Assembly: GCA_020831705.1 (NCBI GenBank)
Contig: JAFIGB010000312.1
Location: forward strand, 1 to 54,000
Direction: 5' to 3'
Source: Candidatus Sumerlaeia bacterium
Lineage (GTDB): Bacteria; Sumerlaeota; Sumerlaeia; SLMS01
Length of the DNA stretch: 54,000 nt
This document shows, piece by piece, positions 15,774-24,975 of this stretch. The stretch's first letter is position 1, and the number at the start of each line of letters is the position of its first letter. The position numbers were made by a program, and so were the translations under genes. The notes below the pieces were generated by a model, which was not told where the DNA came from, did no database searches, and saw nothing but the letters and a program-made list of their open reading frames with translations.

Positions 15774-18476
15774 TCAGTCGACCATGTCCATCCAGTCTCC
15801 GACCTGGGTCGCCTCGGCGAAATAGGTCACAACAGCACCCATAACATCATCACGGAGGTTTGCGTCCAGAATCGTCTCGAACGGGAATCCGAGATAGACA
15901 AGTGCCCCCCGGTTATCGTCACCGGGATGGACGATCGCTGCGCTCAGGTTGGGGGAATAACCACCAACATATTGCATGGCCACGGTGGCACCGCCGGTTG
16001 GCACGAGTACATCGGGGAATGCCACGTCGTACTTCCCGTGTATATCCGAACCATCGGAGAAGTTAAACGAGCCGATGCCGTCGAAGATGCCGCCCGGTAC
16101 ACCCTGCGCCGTGTATGTCTGGGCGTTGTCCTCGGGGTTGCCGCTGGTGAAAGGCTGGGTCTTGAGGGTGTTTTGCAGGAACGCCTTGTTGCTGCTTGAA
16201 GCGGCCGTGCGCCCGAGATCCCAGGCAACTTCTGCTCCGGAAAGGAACAGGTGTCCGCCACCAGCAAGATAGTTTTCCACAAGGGTTTGTTCCGTGGCGT
16301 TGAAGGTCACGTTGACCGTGCTTTCCTCGCCAAGGATCCAATATACTGCATTATAGTCACCCAGCTGCACCGAGCTGTCTATAACCTGGTCGTTCTGCAC
16401 GGTGTCGAAGGTGACACCATGGGCGGCGAGGGATTCGCCAACTTCGACGCTGTAATCAAAGCTGTTGTTAAAGCGCGGCACCACCCGGTGAATCGTGCCA
16501 CCACCTGCAGAGGGGCTCCCCAGGTAGGCCGGCTCGACCTGACGGTAGTTGGTCGTGCGGTCATATCGCTCGAAACCATTGATGATCAATGCATCCGCGC
16601 GGCCCGACTGGCGGCGAACGGAAACAACACCGGAGGGATGGGACTGGCCGCCGTCATTGGTGGCGACGACGCGGAAGTGGCGTGTCTCGCCCGCAGGCAC
16701 ATGGGGCGTGATGTTGAAGTTGGAGGTCGTTGCGCCGCTCAGGAATTCGACACTGGTGAATCCGCGACCGTTTTCAGAAACCTCGATGATATATCCGGTG
16801 GGCAGGTCCCCCCCGGCTCCCCATGGGCCATTTTCCTGAGAAGGCGTCCAGTTGAGGGTGACACTTCCCGAGTTGTCTGTCACAACCCAGGGATTGACCG
16901 GTGTTTCCGGTGGATAGACAGTTGGTCCGCCGCCATGATTTGCGAAGTGATTGATGATGGCATGGACCGAGTAACGGGCAAGAGCCTCGCGTACCTTCGG
17001 GTCGCGCATCAGTTGGGCATCCATCGCGTTATCGTGATAGGCGGTTTCAAGAAGGCCCGCTGTCATCTGTCCGCCAAAGTTGTTGTTGTTGATTTCACCG
17101 TAGGCCGAGAATCCACCATTAGGGCCACAACCGGACCCGAAAATGTGGTTGCTCGCCGCTGTCTTTCCCCATGTGTGCTCGAAGGGATTCCCCGGGGCGG
17201 TGGTGATGGTGCGCATGTCTGTGTTGATACGCGAGCCGATCTCCATGGCGAAGCTCACGCCGAAGGGCGTGTTGAGGGAGTTGGCGGAACTTGGGCTGGA
17301 GCAGGGGGTGCCTGAATTGCTGTTGAACAGGCCGTCCGCACCACGACCACCACCGGCATTGGAGTGGAAACTGAGGTAGAGACGATCAGAGACCTCACCA
17401 CTGTCAACACCACCCTCAAAATTCATCTGGCTGGCTAGACGGGGGGGGGCATTGACGGAGTTCGTCAACAGGATACCACTCGATTGGCCACGGCTTTCCG
17501 CAAGCCAGTAGCGGGCGTTTTCCTCGTGGCGGGGCTTGCCGGAGGCGCTTCCCTCCGCCCGTGAATCACCCATTCCGTTGCCCCAGCGAATGGAGTCCGC
17601 AAAGGCATTCGATCCCGGAGCACCGGAAAGTCGCGAGTTGGTGATCTGCACGAAGGCCTGCTCACCCGGCTCGAACCAATAGCTCCCCAGGTATACCCAA
17701 CCGGACCCCACACGCTGGTGGTTGATGCGCATGGATGTTGTCCCGCCGGAATGGCCAACAATGTATTCCTGGTTGATGCGGTCCGTTCCCCAACGCGTCC
17801 ATGTATAGACAGGCCAGTAGCCCGCCTCGGTAATCAGGGTGCTGGCATCGTAGGTGGCCGTCGCTGTCGGTTCACCGTCCACCGCACTGATCCACCGGTA
17901 ATGAACAGAATCACTTGCATTGCCGTAATACGGAGTCTGGGTGCTGGGGTTCCAAGTTCCGGCGAAGGTGACGTTGGGATGGAGGTTGGTCATGACGACC
18001 TCTTCGGCACGGAAACCAAAGGGGCGCATGGGGACCACCGTCGCTCCGGCGTTGAGAAGCATGTCCGCCATGATCGTCGACTGGTCAATGGTGCCGAAAT
18101 CCTCGACCATGAGGTTTGTCAGGGGGCGCTGGGTGTACCACACACCGGGGGCATCATACGTCCAGCCATGGCCCGCCATCAGATAAACGATGCGGCCACT
18201 GAGGGATCCGGTGACTTCATTCACCGGCCCGGTGATGGAGATGGGAGCCTTGTCGACGGAATCAACATGCTTGGAAAGGTCGTCCGAACCGGCCTTCACC
18301 GGTCCATGGAGGGCAAGGGCCTCCTCCTCGGTGAGGGAGCATTTCTCGGGCATCTCGAAGAGGGGTTCCCATTCGTGGACCATGCCGCAGGGGCAGCCCT
18401 GTTCAAGAGGATCAAAGGCAAGGGCTGGTGCCTGGATGGCAAGCCCTGCCGCCAGCATCAAAAGTACTTTTCGCAT
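15774..18476 (-). CDS. Large secreted protein with split Amidase_3-like (N-acetylmuramoyl-L-alanine amidase) motifs, an FN3 domain and a C-terminal alpha/beta domain
   Basis: ATG 18476 gives MRKVLLMLAAGLAIQAPALA, a signal peptide. Motifs: VYLMAGHGWTYD, YLSFHSNAGGGRGADGLF and LLETAYHDN (Amidase_3-like metal/active-site motifs). An FN3-like block follows (VTLNWTPS...GYIIEVSENGRGF...RHFRVVATNDGG). The ORF-track N-terminal extension to 18680 is rejected. Confidence 0.7.
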   Translation of the reverse strand: MRKVLLMLAAGLAIQAPALAFDPLEQGCPCGMVHEWEPLFEMPEKCSLTEEEALALHGPVKAGSDDLSKHVDSVDKAPISITGPVNEVTGSLSGRIVYLMAGHGWTYDAPGVWYTQRPLTNLMVEDFGTIDQSTIMADMLLNAGATVVPMRPFGFRAEEVVMTNLHPNVTFAGTWNPSTQTPYYGNASDSVHYRWISAVDGEPTATATYDASTLITEAGYWPVYTWTRWGTDRINQEYIVGHSGGTTSMRINHQRVGSGWVYLGSYWFEPGEQAFVQITNSRLSGAPGSNAFADSIRWGNGMGDSRAEGSASGKPRHEENARYWLAESRGQSSGILLTNSVNAPPRLASQMNFEGGVDSGEVSDRLYLSFHSNAGGGRGADGLFNSNSGTPCSSPSSANSLNTPFGVSFAMEIGSRINTDMRTITTAPGNPFEHTWGKTAASNHIFGSGCGPNGGFSAYGEINNNNFGGQMTAGLLETAYHDNAMDAQLMRDPKVREALARYSVHAIINHFANHGGGPTVYPPETPVNPWVVTDNSGSVTLNWTPSQENGPWGAGGDLPTGYIIEVSENGRGFTSVEFLSGATTSNFNITPHVPAGETRHFRVVATNDGGQSHPSGVVSVRRQSGRADALIINGFERYDRTTNYRQVEPAYLGSPSAGGGTIHRVVPRFNNSFDYSVEVGESLAAHGVTFDTVQNDQVIDSSVQLGDYNAVYWILGEESTVNVTFNATEQTLVENYLAGGGHLFLSGAEVAWDLGRTAASSSNKAFLQNTLKTQPFTSGNPEDNAQTYTAQGVPGGIFDGIGSFNFSDGSDIHGKYDVAFPDVLVPTGGATVAMQYVGGYSPNLSAAIVHPGDDNRGALVYLGFPFETILDANLRDDVMGAVVTYFAEATQVGDWMDMVD

Positions 18477-18496
18477 GTCAGGCCTTTCAGGGTGGT

Positions 18497-18539
18497 GGAA
18501 ACGCTTCAAATTCGCAAAGCGCGATTGACGGAAACGCTT
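18497..18539. promoter_or_regulatory. Direct repeat GGAAACGCTT x2 (33-nt spacing) in the leader/promoter of the Amidase_3/FN3 gene
   Basis: GGAAACGCTT occurs at 18497-18506 and 18530-18539, 21-63 nt upstream of ATG 18476, in the divergent region shared with the sigma54-activator gene. Function unknown. Confidence 0.3.
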
Positions 18540-18752
18540 GTTGGCGGGAGGGGGGATAATCAACAGAACTTTACTGAAAAAGTAAACAACCACCCCATTA
18601 TCCCGAGAATTGTCAGGTGTTACCCAAAAATGAAATCTCCTTTTTTCACGAAAAAGTGATCCATCCTGCCCATGGCACAAACCCGAATCGTAAAATCACG
18701 GTCGCATCCATCAGGACGAGGAACACCTCCTGAAAGTCTGTGACATCCTAAT

Positions 18753-20153
18753 ATGACACGAATACTGATCATCGAAGACGATCCCTCCTTTGGGCAGCGG
18801 CTGGCGCGCAATCTCGCCCTGGATGGTTTTGAGACCGAACATGCCGAGGGCGGCACCCAGGGCCTCAATGCCCTGACGGAGAAGAAATTCGACGCCATTC
18901 TTTGCGACATCAAGATGCCCGGAATCGGGGGCCTTGAGCTGCTCACGCGCATCCGCACCGGCCAGCAGTCGGGCATCGATCCCCAGATTCCCATGATCAT
19001 GCTCACTTCGATGACCAGCGTGGAGGTCGCCGTGGATGCCATGCGCAGGGGCGCCTCGGATTACCTCACCAAGGAGGCCGGGCGTGCGGAAATCGCCGTG
19101 CGCCTTCGCCGCGCCATCGAGCGCCGCGACCTGACGGAGGAAAACACCCGCCTGCGCGAATCCCTCGCCCGCCATGACGAGTTTTCCGAAATGGTTGGCA
19201 ATTCCAAGGAACTCGAAAGCATCAAGGCGGAAATCGAGCAGGTTGCACCCACCGATGCCACCGTGATGCTTCTGGGGGAAACCGGGGTGGGCAAGGAACT
19301 GGTCGCCCGCGCCATCCACCGTTCCTCCGGCCGCAAGGGCCCCTTCATTGACATCAACGGTGCCATGCTTCCCGACGACACTTCCTTCCAAAGCGAGCTT
19401 TTCGGTCATGAACGGGGCGCCTTCACCGATGCGCATCAAATGAAAAAGGGGAAGATGGAACTCGCCGATGGGGGAACGCTCTTCATCGACGAGGTGGGCG
19501 AGGTCTCCCTCGCCGTCCAGGCCAAGCTTCTTCGTGTTCTCGAAACAATGACCTTCACCCGCCTTGGCGGGACCAAGCCGATCCATGTGGACGTCCGCGT
19601 GGTGGTCGCCACCAACCGTGATCTCCTCGACCGCGCCCAGTCGGGTGGCTTCCGCTCCGATCTTTATTACCGCCTCAATGTCTTTCCCGTCAATATCCTC
19701 CCCCTTCGCAAGCGCCGCGAGGACATCCCGATCCTGACACTTCACTTCATTCGCCGTTTTGCCGAAAAGTATGGTCGCCCCGTGCCCATGCTGGAGCAGG
19801 GTGCGATGCAGAAACTGATGAATTACGAGTGGCCGGGGAACATCCGTGAACTGCGCAATATCTGCGAGCGACTCGTCATTCGTGTGAAGGGCTCCGACAC
19901 CCTCACCAGCGAGGATGTTGCCGCCTGCGGCCTCCACACCCAGTCCACCGCCGGCCAGGTCGTCAACATCCCCGAGGAGGGCATCGACCTCGACGAGGTG
20001 GAGAAGATGCTCGTCGTCGAGGCCCTCAACCGGGCCGACTGGAATCAGACCGAGGCGTCGCGCCTGCTCAACATCTCGGTCGATCGCATGAACAACCGGG
20101 TGAAGAAGTGGAACCTGAAGCACGAAAACTGGCGCGTGAACAAGAAGGGGTGA
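18753..20153 (+). CDS. Sigma54-dependent response regulator (NtrC family: receiver + AAA+ + Fis-type HTH)
   Basis: Receiver (ILIIEDD..., AILCDIKMPGIGG), Walker A GETGVGKELVARAIH, GAFTDA motif (ELFGHERGAFTDA), and C-terminal HTH NQTEASRLLNISVDRMNNRVKKW. Confidence 0.9.
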   Translation: MTRILIIEDDPSFGQRLARNLALDGFETEHAEGGTQGLNALTEKKFDAILCDIKMPGIGGLELLTRIRTGQQSGIDPQIPMIMLTSMTSVEVAVDAMRRGASDYLTKEAGRAEIAVRLRRAIERRDLTEENTRLRESLARHDEFSEMVGNSKELESIKAEIEQVAPTDATVMLLGETGVGKELVARAIHRSSGRKGPFIDINGAMLPDDTSFQSELFGHERGAFTDAHQMKKGKMELADGGTLFIDEVGEVSLAVQAKLLRVLETMTFTRLGGTKPIHVDVRVVVATNRDLLDRAQSGGFRSDLYYRLNVFPVNILPLRKRREDIPILTLHFIRRFAEKYGRPVPMLEQGAMQKLMNYEWPGNIRELRNICERLVIRVKGSDTLTSEDVAACGLHTQSTAGQVVNIPEEGIDLDEVEKMLVVEALNRADWNQTEASRLLNISVDRMNNRVKKWNLKHENWRVNKKG

Positions 20154-20155
20154 CC

Positions 20156-21301
20156 TTACCCTCCCCCGAAACTTTCCAAAATGGCCTGGATGCACCGCTC
20201 CCCCGCCCTGCCGTCACCGTAGGGGGAACGGCGCTGGGCCATGGCATCGTAAACGGCCCGGTCGGTGAGCAACGCATTGGCGGCTTCAAACAGGGCGCGG
20301 CGATGGGGCCCCACCAGCTTCACACTTCCCGCCTCCACCGCCTCGGGGCGCTCGGTCACATCCCTTGTCACCAGAACCGGCTTGCCCAGGGCGGGAGCCT
20401 CCTCCTGGACGCCGCCGCTGTCGGTAATAATGAAGTCGCTCGCGATCATCATCGCCACGAACTCCAAATACCCCGCCACCGGAACGAGCCGGATGTTTTT
20501 CGTATCCCCAAGAATTTCCCGCACCGGTTTCTGCACGTTGGGGTTGAGATGAACGGGATACACAAGGAGCGCGTTGGGGTGGGCCTCGGCAATATCACGA
20601 AGGCCCAGACAAAACTCCTCGAAGGGTTTCCCGAAATTTTCCCGGCGGTGACCGGTCACCAGGACCACCTTCCGTCCGTCCCCCCCCTTTTTCCAATCAC
20701 CCATAAGATCCAGGGCCGGATCCTGGGGGGGTGATTTGCGAATGCCTTCCTCGGCCATGTAGAGGGCATCGATGACGGTGTTCCCCGTCACGTCAATGCG
20801 CCCCCCCAGAAGGGGAACACGATCACGTTCGAGGTACGCCCGTGCCGACTCGGTCGGAGCGAGATGAAGGCGCGCCATCTGGCTGATGATGCGGCGGTTT
20901 GCCTCCTCGGGGTAGGGAGCATCAAGACGGTCGGACCGAAGGCCCGCCTCCAGATGCGCCACGGGAACCCGACGGTGAAAGGCCGCAAGGGCCGCACACA
21001 TCGCCGTGGTGGTGTCGCCCTGAACGACGACCGCCGCCGGTTCCTCCCGCTCCAGGACGCCGTCGATGGCCACCAGCGCCCTGGCGGCAAGGGCGGAAAG
21101 GGTCTGGCCCGGTTGCATCAGGTCCAGATCAATGTCCGGCTTGATGCCAAAAAAGGCAAGAATCGGCCGCACCATGTCCCGGTGCTGGCCGGTGCTGAGC
21201 ACCACCGGGGTGACATCCGGAGCATGGCGCCGGGCGGCGAGAATGAGGGGAGCCTGCTTGATTGCTTCGGGGCGAGTGCCCAGAACGAGGAGGAGCTTCA
21301 C
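20156..21301 (-). CDS. wecB: UDP-N-acetylglucosamine 2-epimerase (non-hydrolysing)
   Basis: GTG start. KLLLVLGTRPEAIKQAPL, HLEAGLRS and TDSGGVQEEAPALGKPVLVTR motifs. The gene is convergent with the regulator gene, with a 2-nt gap. Confidence 0.9.
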   Translation of the reverse strand: MKLLLVLGTRPEAIKQAPLILAARRHAPDVTPVVLSTGQHRDMVRPILAFFGIKPDIDLDLMQPGQTLSALAARALVAIDGVLEREEPAAVVVQGDTTTAMCAALAAFHRRVPVAHLEAGLRSDRLDAPYPEEANRRIISQMARLHLAPTESARAYLERDRVPLLGGRIDVTGNTVIDALYMAEEGIRKSPPQDPALDLMGDWKKGGDGRKVVLVTGHRRENFGKPFEEFCLGLRDIAEAHPNALLVYPVHLNPNVQKPVREILGDTKNIRLVPVAGYLEFVAMMIASDFIITDSGGVQEEAPALGKPVLVTRDVTERPEAVEAGSVKLVGPHRRALFEAANALLTDRAVYDAMAQRRSPYGDGRAGERCIQAILESFGGG

Positions 21302-21415
21302 GGTTTGCTTGCGTCTTTCCCGGGGAGGTGGTGGTCTTTCGAACCACTGCGGTTGAGGATGTCAGTACAATCGCCGCAGAACAAGGCTCAACGGAAGAGG
21401 TCGCCGGGCAAGCAA

Positions 21416-22429
21416 ATGAGTAATGATTCGACACTTGTGGCAGTAACCGGAGCAGGAGGCTTCATCGGAAGCCATCTTGTGGAGGCGCTCCTGCGCTCGG
21501 GAAGGAGGGTCCGCGCCCTCGTTCGCTACAACGGCCGGGGCCAGCGCGGTTTGCTGGAGGAATCGGAGCGCAAGCTCCCCGCCGAGCTTCTCGCGAACCT
21601 TGAGGTCGTTGCCGGGGATGTCACCGATCCCCGCTGCGTCCGGGCACTGGTGAAGGACTGCCAGACGGTCTTCCACCTCGCCGCCCTCATCGGCATTCCC
21701 TACTCCTACGAGGCCCCCCATTCGTATGTGGAAACAAACATACGCGGCACATTGAACATGCTGGAGGCCTGCCACGATCTCGGTGTTCCCCACTTCATCC
21801 ATACCTCCACCAGCGAGGTTTACGGGACGGCGCGGACGACCCCGATGGATGAAAGCCACCCCCTGCAGGCTCAATCCCCGTACGCCGCCACAAAGATTGC
21901 CGCCGACAAACTCGTCGAGTCCTGGGCTGCCAGCTTTGGGCTTCCCATGACAATCGTGCGCCCCTTCAACGCCTACGGCCCCCGGCAATCCCTGCGTGCG
22001 GTCATTCCGACCATCGTCGTCCAGGCACTGCACAAGAAATGCGAAAAAATTAGCCTCGGGGCCCTCGATCCCGTCCGCGATCTGACCTTCGTGGAGGATG
22101 TCGCCCGGGCGTTTCTGGTCGTTGCCGACGCCGCTCCCGCCGCCGTCCGTGGAAAAACCTACAACCTCGGCACCGGTCAGGGAATCAGCATCGGCAATCT
22201 GGTGGTGCTCGCCCAGGAGGTGCTGGGGACCGCCAAGGAGGTGGAAACCGAGGATGAGCGCCTGCGCCCCGCCCTGAGCGAGGTCCGCACATTGATCAGC
22301 AACAACAGCTTCATCCGCCATGACATCGGCTGGAAGCCCGAGATCACCCTGCAGGAGGGGATCAAGCGCACCGCCGAATACTTCAAGACACGGCTGGACC
22401 GGGTGAATCCTGAGGAGTACGCCCGATGA
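21416..22429 (+). CDS. NAD-dependent sugar epimerase/dehydratase (extended SDR)
   Basis: ATG 21416 gives MSNDSTLVAVTGAGGFIGSHLVEALL (Rossmann GxxGxxG) and a YAATKIAADK catalytic YxxxK. The longer ORF-track start (20864) overlaps wecB antisense and is rejected. Confidence 0.85.
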   Translation: MSNDSTLVAVTGAGGFIGSHLVEALLRSGRRVRALVRYNGRGQRGLLEESERKLPAELLANLEVVAGDVTDPRCVRALVKDCQTVFHLAALIGIPYSYEAPHSYVETNIRGTLNMLEACHDLGVPHFIHTSTSEVYGTARTTPMDESHPLQAQSPYAATKIAADKLVESWAASFGLPMTIVRPFNAYGPRQSLRAVIPTIVVQALHKKCEKISLGALDPVRDLTFVEDVARAFLVVADAAPAAVRGKTYNLGTGQGISIGNLVVLAQEVLGTAKEVETEDERLRPALSEVRTLISNNSFIRHDIGWKPEITLQEGIKRTAEYFKTRLDRVNPEEYAR

Positions 22430-23136
22430 GCGCCCCCCGCCATGCGGTGATCCTGGCAGGTGGCAAGGGGATGCGCCTGCGGCCCTACACAACCATCCTC
22501 CCCAAGCCGCTCCTCCCCGTGGGCGACCGTCCGATCCTTCACCGGGTCATCGCCATGTTGGCGGACGCCGGGTTTCGCGACCTGACAATCTCGGTCGGCC
22601 ATCTGGCGGAATTGATCATGGCTTTTTTCGGCGATGGGGCGAAATATGGGCTGAACATCAAGTACGCCATCGAGGACCAACCCCTGGGCACCATCGGCCC
22701 GTTGCGCCATATCGAGGGGCTGGGGGAAAATTTTCTTGTTATGAACGGCGACGTTCTCACCGACCTGGATCCGAACATTCTTTGGAAGTCCCACATGGAG
22801 TCCGGATCCCTGCTGACCATCGCAACGTACCAGCGGGAGGAGTGCATCGACTTTGGCGTTTTGGACCGTTCGGAGGAAAACCGCATTACCGCCTTCCGGG
22901 AAAAACCCCGCATTCCCTACGAGGTCTCCATGGGAGTTTACGTGCTTAATCGCGGGTGTTTGGACTTTGTGCCGGAGGATCGGCCCTTCGGGTTTGACGA
23001 ACTGGTGCTTGCCCTTCTCGCTGCGGGAGCCCCGGTGAGGGGGCACCTTCACCGGGGGAAATGGCTCGACCTGGGGCGGCCGGGGGACTATGAAAAGGCC
23101 ACGGAGCAGTGGGCAGAAGGAGACAGAAAAGTGTAA
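22426..23136 (+). CDS. Sugar-phosphate nucleotidyltransferase
   Basis: AVILAGGKGMRLRPYTTILPKPLLPV is the NTP_transferase signature. ATGA overlap with the upstream SDR gene. Confidence 0.85.
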   Translation: MSAPRHAVILAGGKGMRLRPYTTILPKPLLPVGDRPILHRVIAMLADAGFRDLTISVGHLAELIMAFFGDGAKYGLNIKYAIEDQPLGTIGPLRHIEGLGENFLVMNGDVLTDLDPNILWKSHMESGSLLTIATYQREECIDFGVLDRSEENRITAFREKPRIPYEVSMGVYVLNRGCLDFVPEDRPFGFDELVLALLAAGAPVRGHLHRGKWLDLGRPGDYEKATEQWAEGDRKV

Positions 23137-23196
23137 AATTCCGGGCAGGATGGGGGACGAAAATCAGGGCTCGGGAATTTTGACGGCCCTTTTTGC

Positions 23197-23225
23197 TTGC
23201 CGCTGCTTGAGGCCCTTCCTTTATA
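23197..23225 (+). promoter_or_regulatory. Possible sigma70-type promoter for acpP (TTGCCG-17 nt-TTTATA)
   Basis: One of the very few intergenic TATA-containing stretches, about 110 nt upstream of acpP. The hexamers match the consensus only weakly. Confidence 0.25.
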
Positions 23226-23333
23226 TCTCGCGCTTCAAGGCGGCGAGGGTCACCCCGCCGCGGAAGTCTTGTGCCGCTAAGGCACACAGAAAGGCCGCTG
23301 ATAAACGGCCCCAAATACGGAGGCAAAAGCCCA

Positions 23334-23573
23334 ATGGCAAGTGTCGAAGACAAAGTGAAGGAATGTATCGTCAGCCAGCTTGGCGTTAATGATGATGAAG
23401 TTACTCCCGAGGCTTCCTTCGTGGATGACCTTGGTGCCGACTCCCTCGACATCGTCGAGTTGGTTATGGCCCTTGAAGACAAGTTCGGCATCGAAATTCC
23501 CGACGAGGACGTCGAGAAGATGCGCACCGTCAAGGATGCCATTGATTACGTCAACAGCAAGTCGGCGGAATAA
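23334..23573 (+). CDS. acpP: Acyl carrier protein
   Basis: [18 protein letters not shown]...[27 protein letters not shown] with the DSL phosphopantetheine site. ACGGAGG SD upstream of ATG 23334. Confidence 0.95.
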   Translation: MASVEDKVKECIVSQLGVNDDEVTPEASFVDDLGADSLDIVELVMALEDKFGIEIPDEDVEKMRTVKDAIDYVNSKSAE

Positions 23574-23633
23574 CCGGGGCTCACGCCTTGGCACTCCGGT
23601 CGACCAATTCGACCAGAAAAAGCAACGGGGATT

Positions 23634-24875
23634 ATGAGAAATCACCGAGTCGTCGTAACCGGTATGGGGGCCATCACCCCGGTCGGAAACACAGTACCAG
23701 AATTCTGGGAGTCGATCCTGGCCGGCAAGTCCGGTGCAGGACCGACCACCCTAATTGACGTCTCCTCGCACAAGGTGAAGTTCTCCTGCGAGGTGAAGAA
23801 CTACGACGTTACCGCCCACTTCGATCGGAAACAGATCCGGCGCCTTGATCGCTTCATCCAGTTCGGCATCGTTGCCGCACGGGAGGCGCTCAAGGATTCG
23901 GGACTCGATATCGAGGAAGTTGGGTCGGAAAATGTCGGCGTCTTCATCGGCTCGGGAATCGGCGGGCTTAATATTCTGGAGGAGCAGATGGCCCTGATGG
24001 TCAACCGCGGCCCGAACGTGGTTTCCCCCCTGCTCATCCCCCGCATGATCCCCAACATGGCAGCCGGGCAATTGTCCATCGAGTTGGGCCTCAAGGGCCC
24101 CAACTCCTGCGTTGTCACCGCCTGCGCCTCGGGAACCCACTCCATCGGCGATGCCTTCAATGTCATCCGCCGTGGCCAGGCAACCGCCATGATCTGCGGA
24201 GGCACCGAGGCCTGCATTACCCAGCTCGGTGTTGCCGGATTCGAGAACATGAAGGCCCTGAGCGAACGCAATGACAGCCCGGAAACCGCAAGCCGACCCT
24301 TCAGCCTTTCCCGTGACGGTTTCGTCATGGCCGAGGGTGCCGGTGTCCTCATGCTTGAGGACTACGAGAACGCCAGGAAGCGCGGCGCTCATATCTACGC
24401 CGAGGTCGTCGGGTACGGCATGACGGGCGATGCCCATCATATCACCGCCCCAGCCCCGGAAGGGGAAGGCGCACGGCGCTCCATGGCCATGGCCCTCAAG
24501 GATGCCGAGCTCAACCCCGAGGACATCTCCTACATCAATGCCCACGGCACCAGCACGCCGCTCAACGACAAGTTTGAGACCATGGCAGTGAAGGGCCTCT
24601 TCAGGGAAGGCGCCAAGAAGATCCCCCCCATGTCCTCCACCAAGGGAAGCACCGGTCACCTCCTCGGTGCCGCCGGTGGTGTCGAGGCAGTGGCCGCCAT
24701 CATGGCCATTGAAAAGAACATCATCCCGCCAACGGCCAACTACATTGATGCCGACCCGGAATGCGATCTGGATTACGTGACTGAAGGCGCCCGCGAGCTC
24801 CCCATCAGCTCCACCATGAGCAACTCCTTCGGCTTCGGTGGTCACAACACCACCCTGGTCTTCAAGCGGCTCTGA
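23634..24875 (+). CDS. fabF: 3-oxoacyl-ACP synthase II
   Basis: 413 aa. Active-site CASG, HGTSTPLND and GHLLGAAGGVEA motifs. Confidence 0.95.
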   Translation: MRNHRVVVTGMGAITPVGNTVPEFWESILAGKSGAGPTTLIDVSSHKVKFSCEVKNYDVTAHFDRKQIRRLDRFIQFGIVAAREALKDSGLDIEEVGSENVGVFIGSGIGGLNILEEQMALMVNRGPNVVSPLLIPRMIPNMAAGQLSIELGLKGPNSCVVTACASGTHSIGDAFNVIRRGQATAMICGGTEACITQLGVAGFENMKALSERNDSPETASRPFSLSRDGFVMAEGAGVLMLEDYENARKRGAHIYAEVVGYGMTGDAHHITAPAPEGEGARRSMAMALKDAELNPEDISYINAHGTSTPLNDKFETMAVKGLFREGAKKIPPMSSTKGSTGHLLGAAGGVEAVAAIMAIEKNIIPPTANYIDADPECDLDYVTEGARELPISSTMSNSFGFGGHNTTLVFKRL

Positions 24876-24897
24876 TTACCAACCCGCCCCCATAAGC

Positions 24898-24953
24898 AAA
24901 AAAAACCGCCCCGGCAATCCGTGAAAACGGCACCGGGGCGGTTTTTTATTTTT
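24898..24953. terminator. Bidirectional rho-independent terminator between convergent fabF and the 318-aa gene
   Basis: A8 run, stem CCGCCCCGG (24906-24914) / CCGGGGCGG (24933-24941), then TTTTTTATTTTT. Confidence 0.8.
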
Positions 24954-24975
24954 ATGATCGAAATCTGATGCGACC

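Noticed and set aside
17441-17449. G9/C9 homopolymer tracts inside coding regions (17441-17449 in the Amidase_3/FN3 gene; 51703-51711 in valS; C8 at 20680-20687 in wecB) as possible phase-variation switches.
   Set aside because: They simply encode Pro-Pro(-Pro) or Gly-Gly with the preferred CCC/GGG codons, and one is in essential valS. Without population data, slippage-based switching is not supported.
18673-18678. TGGCAC hexamer upstream of the NtrC-family gene.
   Set aside because: No GC/TTGC element at the required distance. A single hexamer match is expected by chance.
18711-20195. 494-aa ORF antisense to the sigma54 regulator. Similar long antisense ORFs occur at 47117-48817 (vs acs), 42902-44359 (vs hipA), 32083-33612 (vs the phosphoesterase), 21362-22492, 16251-17315, 3185-4537, 25000-26088 and 34144-35184.
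   Set aside because: These are typical high-GC shadow ORFs. Their translations are Arg/Gly/Pro/His-rich low-complexity sequences with no motifs, and each fully overlaps a gene with clear family signatures on the other strand.
20864-22429. N-terminally extended ORF versions in the track (20864, 34116, 33619, 18680, 7790, 42869, 6015, 13094, 46542 starts).
   Set aside because: The extensions overlap neighbouring genes or run antisense through them, and they lack SD sites. Internal ATGs that have SD sites and give signal peptides or canonical N-termini fit better.
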